DNA of 64,000 bases, taken from positions 434,001-498,000 of the forward strand of contig NC_092674.1 in assembly GCF_964355755.1 (NCBI RefSeq). Direction: 5' to 3'. Origin of the DNA: Antedon mediterranea. Its lineage: Eukaryota; Animalia; Echinodermata. Below, piece after piece: positions 46,501 to 60,270 of this stretch (positions are counted from its first letter, which is position 1; each line of letters opens with the position of its first letter). The notes beneath the pieces were generated by a model. The model was not told the origin of the DNA, made no database searches, and saw nothing but the letters and a program-made list of their open reading frames with translations. Both the position numbers and the translations under genes were made by a program.

Positions 46501-49203
46501 AAATTCTCCCCTCCAAGTCTGTTAATAAAACAAGTATCGTTAGGATTTGGAATCAAAACCAATAGCCCAATGGCCGTGTTCACCAATCACACTTACTGTA
46601 AGTGATATATTTCCCTTAAATATCAAGGGTAAGTATTTCCCTTAGCCCAAGTGTGAATACGGCCAAATTGTCCAGTGAGTGGTAAGTCTCTCATTCTTGT
46701 GAATCACATCTTGGGTTGCTGTAAATTATTTCACACATTTTCCTGTATATATTGATAATAATTGATAATAATTGATTTTTCAGTTCACTTGAGGATATAA
46801 TAATAATTATATAAAGTGGTTTACCACTCCTTTGTAACAATTGAATACTATAATAACAACAAAATGGTAATAAAATTATTAATGGGATGAGTGACAATGA
46901 GTTCTTTGTTTGTCACTTTTGAATAGTATTAGTAAGTATTACATATTGTAACCCTTCGTATCTATTTATAAACTAAAGTTTTATGCTACTTATGCAACAC
47001 TTATACACAGAGTATAACGATTGTGTTTGGTACTGTCTACCTAATCCCTCTCCATCCAACTATTTTAAGTGAATGCATACTGATAACAGATAAGAATAAT
47101 ATACGTTCCAGTCCGATGAAACAGTGTTATGTGCCCTTAGAAGTGTACCGATTACAAACAAGAAGAGGAATTTGGGCATTCAGATGATTCTAGTATTTTT
47201 GGGTCTTTGTGAGTGAGGTCGAAGTGAGACACATTTTTACTTCTATCTATTATGTAGGCTCATGATAATATATGTTAGTTTGATTCATACTTATATACTT
47301 TATAATCGTATGTTTTATTATCAAAATAAATGTACAAGAACATGAATATGGCATGACAAATAAAAACAACACAATAATGGGCGTCATCAGGAATTTGATG
47401 GCGCCATTTGAAATAAAATTTCTTGGAATTGCCTTGATCATCTCTAGTTATTACAGATAAGCCAAAATGTTTGTTTTTTCACATATATAACAGTAAGCCG
47501 AATCAAAAACCCAGACTTAACTTGAGAATTGACTCATTACTGTGTGTGTCTACTTACCCAAAAACAAATCTTCCAATTTCCATAACGGTGTAACTATTTA
47601 ACGACGCACCAAGAGCAAAAATACACTTTAATAAAAAGAAAATTTAAATATATTTGAAGAGATGAAATTAACCTGAACTTTGTTTACAATTTATACTGTA
47701 AATAACTACTACAAAAATTATCCTTATTTGAACAATAACACACACAATAACAGTAAAATTATTAATTTCATTTCAGGTCAGGAAAAACAATTAGTGACCT
47801 AGGTCACTATGACTCAGTAATTCTTTTATACAAGATAAAAATGTTCAGACTTACTTGTCCTATAAGCACGAACATGCCAAAAACAATCGTACCAAATCTA
47901 TAAAAAAAAACTTGAGTAATTGAGTAAGTTCAAATATGTACCTACAGTATAAGTTATAACTTATAGGTCCATGGTTCAAATATATTTGTGAGGGAACACA
48001 AGTAGCCATAAATCTTAATTTAGAGTATAGTTTTGTATATCATTATTATATATAAATCCAAAGGCAAAATACTGAAAAAATGACAATGCTGTGGGTATCA
48101 GTGGCTGGATCTCAATGGAGATAAAAAAAAAAGCGAAAAACTAAATCAGAACGATAAAGTAAAACGGGCAACACTAGCCCTTCACCAGTGCAAGTGAGGG
48201 AATTTGATATATATATTCATTTAGTTTTTTGGCTACAGTATATTTGGAAAAATGCAATTGGCTACTGTATGCTAATGAGAATGTTTCTTGGTGGTATATT
48301 GCGTCATAGCAGATGTACCTGGGTACAATTGGGTGGGGCAACAAGCATAGTATTTTTACATAAAGATTAAGACATTGTAGTTGTTGTTGTTTTTCAATTC
48401 AGCAAACAAAATTTAACCAACCGGATTCCAAACACTCTGTCAATGAGAAATCCACCAAAAAAACACAATATCACATTTGGCCAGGAATACAGTGAATACA
48501 GAAGCATGTATTGACTTGAATTCACTTCCATCGCCTGCAAATAAATGTTCAATAAAAACATTACAATCAATAAGTTTGTGTTGTTTTTTTATTTTAAATT
48601 TATTTTGTGATTGATTGTAAAATTGTTATGTTATTTATGTATTGTTACATTATGTTATGTATTTATTAGGAGAGGCGACAGTGACAGATTTATTTGAGTC
48701 TCTATACTTGGATAACTAGAAGTTTAAAAACTATTTTTTATTACTTACCGATTTGATTTCTGTTTGTAGAGCACCTGGGTTGTCATAGCAGAAATAGCTA
48801 CCTACAAAATTGAATGATAAACTTTATTTATGTGGTTTGGACACAAGAATTTAAGACTACCAAACAGCATGTTTAATTTAGATAAAATTAATTATATTAA
48901 TTAATTAATATAAAATTAGGACAGGGCCAAGTGGCATTTATTATAGGCCTACTAATAGGTAGCTAGGCCTAGCCCTAGGTATAGGCTACACAACCTGCGG
49001 GAGAAAACACGAACAAGTCGGGCGGGCTTACCGAAACTCAGGAAGCATATCAAAATCAAAACAAGAAATCGATGCAAAGTTTGCCTTGGATCACAAGCAG
49101 CAGTTGCTCCACAGCCTGTCAACTTAACATCGTCTTCATATTCATCTATTACTCTATCTGATCTGCCACTTAACAGTGGTTTTGTTTCATCGGTTTCATT
49201 CAT
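40510..49203 (-). CDS. MFSD1: Lysosomal MFS transporter MFSD1, ~15 coding exons
   Basis: Peptides ETKPLL (dileucine-type signal), HRFLVLILICFLSFG, YFCYDNPGAL, LYSWPNVILCFFGGFLIDRVFGIR, GGENLAVAQNTYAVSWFKNKELNMVFGLQLS, YYVAVFPFIGLG, MQSIQNLGLAVV, NRYLSRIGAK; GT-AG boundaries; last exon LPDHFNPHVKSLSRHGVLQ*. Confidence 0.93.
40625..40860 (-). mobile_element. tRNA-derived SINE with Deu/Nin-like core in the last MFSD1 intron
   Basis: Minus strand starts gtggccgagcggttcaagg (A box) and contains gtgcactttaaaaaacccag. Confidence 0.65.
41943..42056. mobile_element. Harbinger-like MITE, partial copy
   Basis: agctcagtctacactatcaaact plus the family's internal sequence. Confidence 0.75.
43849..45710. 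repeat. Minisatellite, 47-bp unit, ~26 copies, abutting an MFSD1 acceptor and split by a MITE
   Basis: Unit gaacaagactgg(t/c)gtgatggaagattaaggaatcagttagaaaggaa. Confidence 0.98.
44353..44978. mobile_element. Non-autonomous DNA transposon with TTAA target duplication (Kolobok-like)
   Basis: TTAA|AGACCCCTTCCCTGC ... GTAGGGAATGGGGCT|TTAA: imperfect TIRs with AG..CT termini, inserted in the TTAA of one repeat unit. Confidence 0.85.
46161..46305. mobile_element. Harbinger-like MITE, most complete copy (145 bp)
   Basis: TIRs agctctgtctacactatcaaa / tttgatagtatagacagagct flanked by taa and tta (TWA-type); five copies in this window. Confidence 0.85.
48053..48196 (-). mobile_element. Module C copy with degraded hammerhead
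   Basis: Matches 3815-3980 after a TA run; the GAAAGCTC segment is deleted and the core reads CTGGTGA. Confidence 0.85.
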
Positions 49204-49829
49204 TATTGTTTAAAAAATCTAGGCCTACCCTCTGGCCCTACAACAACTGAACTACTCTCGCGTGACTCGCGGACCAAAACAAAACAATGCAATCTCGTGA
49301 TCTTCTCGTGTTCGTATGAAGCGCCGATGAAGCATACACAATGATAACATTTTAAAATGACACACAAACCGTACCCATTTATACCGAGAATATATCACAT
49401 TTCATTTTACTGTATTGTTAAAAAGGAAATGTTTTTATCATACAGTATTGCAATTTGGTATAGAATGTAAACAAAATCAGTTAAAAAACGATAATATACC
49501 TGTAGTACCAGACACTTTTGCACGTTTGTGTTAATTCAATGGTGTTGTCACCATCGCTTCAATTTCACTACAGTATATCGATATAACATTCACAACAACA
49601 GGAGTTGTTGATATACATTTTACATCAGAAAAAGATCAGATAAACTATTATTTTGAGAATTTATATTTATTAGCCACTTTTCAAATAATTTTCTAAAGAT
49701 ACATTTTATTAAATTATACTTGCCTCTATAGCCTCTATAGCTACGTGCTAATTCTCTTTTATAGTATTTTCTCAAAAATGGTTCCAGCTCATTCAAGTAC
49801 AATCCATTGTTATATTATTATAAATGCCA

Positions 49830-49969
49830 TTAAGGCAACATTTCAAAACGCAAGAACGTACACGCAGTTTGACCAATAGCAAGTGACAATAGCAATCTGA
49901 ACTGTCGCTTGTGATTAGATCACTTGCGTTACGCGTACGACGTCATTACGTTGCGTCACGTCCTATACT
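49830..49969. mobile_element. Short hairpin MITE-like repeat; relatives at ~55605-55720 and ~58310-58425
   Basis: Shared palindromic core acgcaag..ttgaccaat(c/a)..caag(c/t)ga / tcgcttgtgatt(g/a)g..tca. Confidence 0.6.
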
Positions 49970-50335
49970 AGGTGAGAACTACTAGGTTTAAACAAGGTAA
50001 TCACCTATCTATCCTAAAAGCCCGTACTATGGCAGGTCAATTTAGAATTTCGTTTACTGGCACAACATTTTGGAATAATTTATCACTCGACATAAAAAAT
50101 AATACATCAAAAATTAATTTCGTAAAAAATATAACTGAACTACTATTATCGAGATACTGATTAATGCTGGCCCACCTCTTTCTTTTTGTCATTATTGTGC
50201 TTTTTTTACATTATTGTATAATTATATTATCAAAATCGTTTGCACTGAACAGTATTATATTTGTTAATCAGGTGTAAACCATTGACTAGCGAAAGCTATT
50301 TGTTTATACCGTTTTGCCTTTGGTGAATAAAGAAT
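49970..50335 (+). mobile_element. 3'-terminal LINE remnant (CR1/L2-like)
   Basis: Peptide RTMAGQFRISFTGTTFWNNL...F.K resembles LINE ORF2 C-termini; followed by a T-rich 3' UTR and aataaa. Confidence 0.6.
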
Positions 50336-50452
50336 TACGAAGGAACAAGCAAGCTATAAACATAGAGGATGCAATTTAAATGCGATTCGCAGCTAGGCTA
50401 GCAATAGCTTAATAAGTCGTCAAAGTGTTTCTGTCCATACATTACTCGGTTT

Positions 50453-51448
50453 TTATAACATCGATATAGTTTCATTGCTGTTCGTTTGTTGTCTATGATG
50501 AACTCGTCTGGATACAACTTGCTTCAAACTAGATTTTCGCATTCCGATAGCAATTCTAAAATCATGGTTTCTCAGAGAGAATATACAAGGGTTGATAACT
50601 GTGCCCAGCACACAAAGAGTGTTTGCGACATTTTGAAAAGTGGCACTATTACTATCATATTGATACTCGTCACCTTGCATCGCTACTATTGTCAGACGTA
50701 TTAAGGATGGAATCCAAAAAATAATAAAAGTTAAAAGAATCATAGATGTAGTAAATGTAGCTCTTAGTTCAGCTAGTTCTTTGAATGTGTTCATACATCC
50801 AGCTGCTAATCCACGAAAGGAGGACCCTAAGTGTCTATCATGATCCTCGGCGTTAAATGCATTCGGTATTCCTCGATTTACTCTTACAGCGTGACGTTTT
50901 GCAATCATAAATACCCGTATGTGAATTATAGCGGTAAATAACAGTAATATCCATTCACTTACGCAAATAAACGTAGGAGCAAACGAAAATGCATTCTCCA
51001 CGTATTTGTGCGATTGATATAAAAATCCGCATAGAAAAGATATGATCCACAGGATTGTCATTAAAGCCACAGTACGTCGAAATGTTACAATGTAGGGGTA
51101 CCGAAATGGGTACGTCAATGCGTTGTACCGATCCCACGCAATCACTAATAGTTGAAGGTCCGAAAAGACTCCGTAGGAAAAGCAAAGACCAATTAGGTAT
51201 GCGCGTAAAGTTTGATCAAATGAGCAGGTAATACTATCAATCAAAATAATAATTATGGTTATATCGAATAAAACTCCTGATATAGAAAAATGAATCAGAA
51301 AGTGGTTGTGCATACGTCTGCGAAGCTTGCGATGGCACACGAACGCAGCTATGACCAGAAGGTTTATTATTGTTCCAAATATTGACAGAATTAGTGTTAA
51401 ATATAACGAATAATTTCGCGCATGGCAATTGGTTTCATTTGCAGACAT
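50453..51448 (-). CDS. Intronless rhodopsin-class 7TM GPCR, ~331 aa, orphan/chemoreceptor-like
   Basis: Seven hydrophobic segments, N-terminal NET and NYS sequons, AWDRY..LTYPFRY, FIIFWIP, INPCIFSLRN. Likely ATG at 51448. Confidence 0.9.
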   Translation of the reverse strand: MSANETNCHARNYSLYLTLILSIFGTIINLLVIAAFVCHRKLRRRMHNHFLIHFSISGVLFDITIIIILIDSITCSFDQTLRAYLIGLCFSYGVFSDLQLLVIAWDRYNALTYPFRYPYIVTFRRTVALMTILWIISFLCGFLYQSHKYVENAFSFAPTFICVSEWILLLFTAIIHIRVFMIAKRHAVRVNRGIPNAFNAEDHDRHLGSSFRGLAAGCMNTFKELAELRATFTTSMILLTFIIFWIPSLIRLTIVAMQGDEYQYDSNSATFQNVANTLCVLGTVINPCIFSLRNHDFRIAIGMRKSSLKQVVSRRVHHRQQTNSNETISML

Positions 51449-54400
51449 ATTGGTCAGAATTCTGAATATCGTAAACACTCACCACCACTCTTCCAGTAAA
51501 TACGCACGCTTATATATTGACTGCGCCTTGAAAATGTTACGCGCTGGAACTGCAAAAATGCACACACTGCTGGCTGTGCCTTGAAAACGTTACGTGCTGG
51601 ATTGCAAAAATGTACACACTCCTGCTTACCCTGCCTTGAAAAGGTACCGGTGATACACGCTAAAACTATAAGTAGGCCTACCGAATGGGTTTGGTTTAGA
51701 AATTATAGACTTCTATCAGAGATGACTTATCCCTGCTTCAACTTTCTTCGCCACTCACTACCTCAGTCGTCGGACAATATTCATGACATCCACTTAAATC
51801 TTGGTTTTCGTTTATGCGCAACAAATTAATCATTGTTGTCATTGGTGCTGGACTTCATTATAAATCATTCGTGCTCCGCGTCTTATGTTGAGTTCAAGTC
51901 TGGATTTTAATTCTTTACAGCATTTATTCATAAATCTCAGAGTTATTAACCATGAGTTACTTAAACCGTCTTGATATAAGCCTATATCACACAAATCTAT
52001 TATTAGATATAGTGTCCTCTTGAATAGGCCTAACTAGTGACATCAGATGAAATGATCAACCTGTAATTAAATTAAAATTATTTTGTTAACAAAATATTGA
52101 ATGTGTATGAAAGTGACAAGTTTTGAACATATTGTCTACGAACGAAACCAATATTTCAATTAGCAAGTTGTTATTATACAATCGGCAATCAGCTAGGGGG
52201 CCTAATCGACACAAAATTAATGTCTTCCAAATTCCTGACAAAATGTACCATTATTATTCTGTGTTCTGTGTTGAACTTTCGTAAGGTACTTTTAAGTGTT
52301 CTTCTCTTTGTATAGTCATTTCAGTTTTAAGTTTCGATTTTGAGTAAAAACTACATTTTTGTCATGTAAAATTGTCACATAAATCACATTTAAAACTTAA
52401 TTTAAATCATTAAATTCAATTTATATGACTGAAATGTTGTCACATGGTGACATGTCGCATAAGTGACAACATTTAAACAATATACCCGGTTAACAAATTA
52501 TAAAATGTTCACATTAGTAGGCACATAATTTGTTTATCCAGAAAAAGAAATTAAATATTTCAATTCAAAACAACATTAGTGCTTTAGACCTTTTGGACCC
52601 GCGTCACATTCTTTACGATACATTCACCATGACAAATCCAGCATTCCCGTGAGTCTGTCTATCGAATGCTGGACCAACCATAAGGCAGGTAAGACGAGTT
52701 CAATGAATTTGCTTGTCGTCCTGCTTTCCGGGAATTCTAAACCAAACGTCATAATGTTACCACTGAGTGTTGTTTATTACAACCATACGTGAATTGAGTG
52801 AAAGTTGAACAATACAAACGGAAATTTCGTTTATCACATCTTCCTTTTTTATGCATAAACCTCATTTAAGTATGGAACAATAGCAAATGACATCGGCACA
52901 AATATTCGTTGTTATATTTTAGACCTATAGATTATTAGCAATTAATGGTACGTCTATGCATATGGTCTAGGGCTATTTCTATTTTCCTTGCGAGAAGCAC
53001 ATCTGATATAAATGCATGAAAAACAACATAAAGAGAAAATCATTCAAGTTGTTGGAGTCGGGTAGCTGAGGCAATAGGTTTTTATGTACAGTATTTCTTT
53101 CTTATACAGGAAATAGAATGAATTTAAACTATCTAGCTGCCTAACATGGACTGGAGTGTCTGAATTAAGCCTATTACAATAAAGGCATACTGGTAAATTA
53201 CAATATTATTCAAAAATTGTACAAATATTTGCAAAACCGTACATTAAAAAAAACCTACCATACGATCCACAATTAATTAAATTCAATATATTCGGACGGA
53301 GCTACAAAAGACACTAAATCACACAGACAAGATTAAACAACTTAAAGCTCAGGTACAGGCGTGAATTTAAAATATAATATCTGGTTATTGTACAAAAATC
53401 AAATATTTTTATTAGAAATCAAGACGAAAAAACATGAATGAAACATAAGGGAAACTATCGAAGATCGATAGTTATTGGAATGTATGATCAATAGAATGTT
53501 TTTGCCCGCACTTGGCCTTTAATATTAGTTAATTAGACCATTTTTCCCGACGTGTGCTCGACATCTAATCAACTTGTAGGCTTTCACTCTATAGTATACG
53601 TAATATACAACTATTAAATTAAACATCGTACGATACGTTCAGTTCCCAGAATGGAACCCACTAATCGTTTTATGCAAACCTACCCAATATCAACCTACCT
53701 GGATAAAACAGGCTAACACCATCATCCAGGCTGGTTATTTCTCATGTGTCGGGTTGTTTAATGTCGAGTTTGTATATTAAAATGATAATCTATTAAACAA
53801 TTACTCACTGATTTATTATGACATAATAATACATTGTTTTACGTACCAGTACACTTTGTCTTCTTGTGAATGTCGTAATCCGATTGCCATCCGTTTTAGG
53901 TTCAAAGTCTGTTTGGGAAATTCTGTTACATGTGCAAGCAATGTGTTCGATAAACTAGTAGTCTAGTACACAATAATAAAGCCAGCCTCAGTCAAAACTA
54001 ACCTCTTCATTACCATTACAAGCGATTGACCAATCCAGATACCAGACACGCATACGTAGACATCTTTAATAGAAAGTTAATATTTATTTTGACGACCCAC
54101 CTGAGTGTAAACAACTCACAAACTATACATACGCTTTTATATTATACTTTTCCAACTGTATGATGACGATTTTTCCCGGTAAGTAAATAAAAAAAATCCA
54201 AAGTGCTAAGCCTTTTGTCATTTGGAACCATTCACCCATATAACCATAAAGCAACACAGCCTACAGTTTCAAATGAATAAACGTCAAGAGACCAAAAGTC
54301 ACTGAACTCGATATATTTCCACGGTGAATGAACGACTTTTGGTTTCAAAGTATAAACTTATTACCGCACATTCGACAGAACAACATCCTGCTGGTGGACA

Positions 54401-57400
54401 GGTAGACGACATATTTTTCTAACATTTAACAATCACACAATATGGATGATTTAGTATCGACAACTATAAATACACATTTTTTACGAAGAGTTGAGATCGG
54501 GGTTGAGATACAATATGGACGCTTTACATAAACTTAGTAAAATGAGAAGTTTAATTAGCTGAAAATTGACCACTAAATCGATTCTTTTACATTTGACTGA
54601 ATAACTCAGGAATAGTATGGCAATTCAAATCAGAATGTTTAGATATAATCAATTTTAAATGGTATTTGTATCGTTTTATTGTTGTTATATTTATGTATTA
54701 TGATGCCAATCAATCAATCACAAATCACTACCAATGTTGTGTACTTGGTAATAAATGTATTTCGAAAATAAACAATATCACAAGTAACAAACTACGTACG
54801 TAGGGGTTATTATCGCGACGAGATATATTATACATAATCGTTTTGCAAATAGTTTTTAAATTGATTAATAAAGGTCATGTTGATATTGGGTGACATTTAT
54901 TAAACTCCATTTATTCATCGAGGTTTGTTTAGAAGTATGGAAAGAAAACACTTTGTTTAGGTTTGAAAAATAAATGGTAGGCCCACAACCACGATATCAC
55001 GCATAACAGTAAAAGTAACTGAACTTCAATTCGCATTATCTGCGGAATCATTGATCTGAGAGTGGTTGGATTATCAGGTCTAAACTCTATTGTTCTGTGC
55101 GACTTTGAAATAATTAAAGAAAAATATGTTGTTGAAGATATCCTTTTTAAATTACACCCGTATGTATCTAATGTAGGCCTATATTGTTTTTTTAAACAGT
55201 TTTTGATAATGAAAATACAGAGTCACGTCTCAGTAAATTCCACACACGTACAGTACTTTCAGTACAATAGTTTATTACATAAACGGCACTGGAGAGGGAG
55301 ATAATCATGACAGTTGCTTTAATTAAAACCATAGTCAATGTACTTCCACAATCCAACCTGTATCAGGTGGTGCAAATTGATATTTTAGGATAATAGGTTG
55401 TTTTCCTGGTGAAATTGTTTCTCTGTTTTGTTTCTGTATATGAATCAGAATATCAGAAATAAAGGAAATGAATAATCAAAAGAATTAGGTTTCAAACATA
55501 GTAGTACGCCCTCAAAATAGTGAAACTTATTTCTGCGGGCGGTGCACTGGAAAGTTTCAATTCCAGGAAAACCTTTGAATTCTAGTTTCATGTCATTATT
55601 CAACTTCAACGCAAGCATACCGTAAGTAATTTGACCAATCACAAGCGATTATTCGAACTTTTGTCAATTACTTGGAGTATTGCGCGTACTCCTTTGCGTG
55701 CGTTCCCTATGAGAAACCAAGCTTACAATACCAATTCATAAAACACTAAATATAATGTTGTTCTCAGGGAAACAAAAAAAGTAATAATTTGTAATAATGC
55801 TACAATATCACACACGAGTTCTCATTATTTTTCTTTCAAATCGGATAAATAAAATATCGGATAAAACACAGTCACGAGCAGTATATAAGTTAAGATATGT
55901 GTTTATAGAGATTGTTACGCTTGATATAGGCCTAATAACATAAAATATAGGCCTACCGGTTGGGATATAAAATGACAGTGCTACATTATAACTAAAGACG
56001 TCGCGTACCATACAGCTATACAGTAACTGTTGTCTAAAACATTTTAAACAAAAAATATTTCTTACAAAAAAACGCCTCTCTCTCACACGATAACTACCGT
56101 ATACATGCATCTCAATATTTATCATGAAATGTATTCATAGACTCTCTTTTCCCAGAGTCCAGACGTGCTTTGGGGTGTGCGGATGCCCAGTGCCAAGTTT
56201 CCAAATACCCATTTTTCATCCGTAGAGTAAACTATAAGTTACCGGATGGTAACTGTTTCTTAATGCTTCCGTTCTCTTGAATATAACTGCCTAAAGGAGC
56301 AGCGCGTGTTTGAAACATGTACTATGCTAAAACTAGCAAATTGAATCTGAATTGCGCCCTCTGACATTAGTAAGGTAGCAAACAATAGGAAGGTTCTAAA
56401 CGGATAAAATACAATTTCCTGAGATTCGCAATAATTATCTGCTGCACAAGCAGTGACGAATAGGAGGCGTCTGCAACAACCATTGCTATCACGCGTCGCC
56501 GTGATTCAATTCCATCCTGTCCACGCTCTACGCGCAAATTGTAGTACGCGCACGCAGGAATATTTAACAACATTTACGCGCGCATTATAGGATTTATATT
56601 ATTGTTTTAATTGATGAAAATCTATATAAGGTAAGTAATACTCTTTCTTATATAATTTTGATGGATGTTTTTATGATGGTATATAACGATGGACCACGTA
56701 GTAATTGAATTATGTACAATAGGACACGTTTAGAATGATGCCACTAATGTTAGTTTCCATAGCCCATAATATGCTAATATACTTTTAAACAGGCAGATTA
56801 AATAGACGAACATACACACAAATTTGAATAAATAATACCGGTAATAATGCATTTGTGTTGAATATTTTAAAATGCTATAATATAATATTAAAATGACGCA
56901 CGCATCCTGTCATGATGAAAAAGCGATATTTTCAACATCCTCCTACATAAATCATCATTATAATCAGTATCAACATTATCATTATCAATCAGAACAACCA
57001 CCAGTATATTAGATTAATGAACCGTGAAGATACATATAATAAAACTGATATCGTTGTATCAAATAAAATTGAGAATATTGAGAACAAATCCCATATATAA
57101 ATAATGTAAAAACTGAACATAATATAATATTTGAATATTAATCATACCGACGTTATCATAACTGTTGCTCTAAAATAATAAATGAGATGGCAACGAGATT
57201 AAGACGACAATAATCACCAAAATTGAAGCGAAAAATATAATGTGTTCTATAAAAGTGATTCGTAAGCGTACAGACTGATATTAATATCACCATGGTAACG
57301 TCGGATGAGAGCACTCCTAGTGCAAGCGAGCGACGGTGTGTGTGCATTTGTAATTTGTTTGTATTTGGATAAGAACGATATATTGTAGGCAGATGGCAAA

Positions 57401-57749
57401 GGCGGTGTTTGTCAATACATCGTGGTCAGCTACAATACGTTGACGTTTATTTAATAGATTCCTTTATCAGAAAAAATCGTCATTATCATAATCAAATCAT
57501 ATTGAACATCCTTATCTTCTTTGTAACCATTGTTTTTAAGAAATTAGTGGAAGGGAGGATGGGAATGTTGATCTCTAATAATAAATAAATAAATGTCTTT
57601 AAAAAACTAATTTTATTCTTCGATAAAAATCCTAATTATGTAAATTCCTCTCAATATAGAGTGTTGTCATCTTTGTGAGTTCTGATATGACGGTACCACT
57701 TTATGTAAATATAGTTAATCAGAATTAAGCGTGGCGATAAACAATCACT

Positions 57750-57967
57750 TCACTTTGCTACACATTTTACGAGCGCGTGTGAACATGGGGTATGTGCACA
57801 TGACCTAATGAACTTTGCTACACATTTTACGAGCGCGTGTGAACATGGGGTATGTGCACATGACCTAATGAACTTTGCTACACATTTTACGAGCGCCTGT
57901 GAACATGAGGTATGTGCACATGACACGAGCGCGTGTGAACATGGGGTATGTGCACATGACCTAATGC
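57750..57967. repeat. Minisatellite, 60-bp unit, ~3.5 copies
   Basis: Unit actttgctacacattttacgagcgcgtgtgaacatggggtatgtgcacatgacctaatga. Confidence 0.93.
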
Positions 57968-59102
57968 AAATGATTACTCTTAGCATTGTTGGAGATAAGA
58001 TCAAAATAAAACAGCAGTCATTATGTGTAAAATAATAAAGGTAAAGAACACATTAATATTGCTTCTAGCATAATCACTTACATACACATTTCGAAAACTT
58101 TTACGCTAGTCGCTATACTTCATTTTATCACGAAAGCTAGGCAAGAAGACAGTTGTTCTGAGGCTAATCGTAAAGACAAAGGACAAATAAATTAGTGTTA
58201 AACGGTGTCAAGGAATTATTCTATCATTATTCTTCGGTAGATATATTTTACATACAAATGAATGTCATGAGTTTTTACTTATCTTTATATCTTGTAAGGG
58301 TTTTAGCGTGGGGTACGTACGCGCAACTCAAGTAATTTTGCCAATCACAAGCGTCGAATGATCCGTCACCTGTGATTGGTTCAACTACGTGCGCGTATTG
58401 TTGTGTTCCTGGGGAAACAGAGCTACATAATACAGTATATCAATACACCAACTACAGAGGCCGGCAATATGAAAATGAAAATACATACGTCATTTGCTAT
58501 TTGATATTTACTATTGTACTTGGTTTGGACGTGATGTCAAATGGCGAGTGATTTTAAGAGTTATAACCAAGTATCAGGTTTTACCGATGTTCATCTAGAG
58601 TGTTATTAAAGTTTTATATTACATTATAATTAAGATAGACTCTGTATAGGATACATTTTCATCAATTATGAAAGACATAGCGTACGTTTATTTCAAATGT
58701 ACAGCCTTTGGCATCTAAGTCAGTACTTAAAACGATCCCAAATCTTAAACCTATTGGGGCTTAAACTCCAAAGCGCTTTAAATACGCTCGTTTTTTTTAT
58801 TTAGGTGGTACATCTTTTAAACCTTCTATCTTCTATTGATTTTTATTATTTGTGGTTTCAAACAAATTAGATAAAACACCAGTAACAATAGTAAATATTG
58901 TAAATAGATGGTGGTCTATTGTTAAATCGGGTTCTTTTATTTTACTTACTCTGAACGCACCTTCATTTAAGAATAGTTACACTGTTTCAAAAGTGTAGCT
59001 ACCAAATACATTTATTATAAATAGTAATTTTGCTTTCATACGGAAAATAAAAGTGTGCAAGTAATACAGCCAAATAATTTCTGTGAGAGTAGGCCTAAAA
59101 CC

Positions 59103-59221
59103 AAAACTGATACGGATCCGTAAAACAATATTCAAAATAAAAAAAACTGTACGGATCCGTAAAACAATATCCAAAATAACAAAAACTGTTACGGATCTGT
59201 AAAACAATATCCAAAATAACA
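59103..59221. repeat. Minisatellite, ~39-bp unit, 3 copies
   Basis: Unit aaaactg..acggatccgtaaaacaatatccaaaataac. Confidence 0.88.
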
Positions 59222-60076
59222 GTGGTTGTCAGTAAAGGTCGTAGAACTTTAGCACATAGTTTATAAATGCTATCATTATTACAAAGCAGCAAATTATTGA
59301 TCTGCCCTCAAGCTCAGCTCATGTCACTTCAAATTATGTTGTCACAACAAACGCGGGGTCTTTAGAATTACTGACTCGTTTCAATCATTGACGTTTATCG
59401 GTGGATATATCCATTACAAACGTTCATGACTCAACGAAAGTTCACTGTCTACGTATTTTAAGCGGCGTACAAAGAGTTCACGTTGAGTACGCGCGCGTAA
59501 ACAATATACCGCAGTACATCGCGTTTGCTCAAGAAGATTGAAAGTGTTTAAATGATGTCTAAGAATTAGGTTTATCATCCCTTCGGGAATTACAAACTCG
59601 TGACCATGAAATGGGGAAAATTTAAAGAACAATGTTTACGTAAACAGGCCTAGTGTGTGTCACCTATGTATTCTCTGAAATATTAAGACAACCTCTCATT
59701 TGCGATACAGGTAATCGATTCTCCTCTTCCCAGGTTTTACGTGGCTTGTGCTAATAAAGAATACATTGCAGACTTGTAAATTTGAATTCAATCAAAGATA
59801 GCCTACTTCCACTGAACTGAACCATATTTTACTAGTCGGTGAAAGTTAAATAAAAAGACATATATAATCCAAAACGTGCTGTTTCAATTCAATATATTTA
59901 TTGCACAATAATACGCTTACCGGGATAATCTTAGTAAATTAATTAGTAAAGCCTACTTTATTTATCACTATTTCTATGGGATGCATACATCACAATGACC
60001 AATTGGATCCAACAACATTTTTTAAATTAAATGCGTTTTTAGCGACGGTGGTAAACCGAAAAGGGATAATGTTTTG

Positions 60077-60270
60077 TAAATAGGCCTACCCGCTTGGTAC
60101 ATAGGCCTACCCGCTTGGTACATAGGCCTACCCGCTTGGTAAATAGGCCTACCCGCTTGGTACATAGGCCTACCCGCTTGGTAAATAGGCCTACCCAGTT
60201 GGTACATAGGCCTACCCGCTTGGTAAATAGGCCTACCCAGTTGGTACATAGGCCTACCCGCTTGGTACAT
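60077..60270. repeat. Minisatellite, 21-bp unit, ~9 copies
   Basis: Unit ataggcctacccgcttggta(c/a). Confidence 0.95.

Noticed and set aside
49255-49312. CLEAR/E-box-like motifs upstream of lysosomal MFSD1
   Set aside because: Only imperfect matches (tcgcgtgac, tctcgtga); too weak without conservation data.
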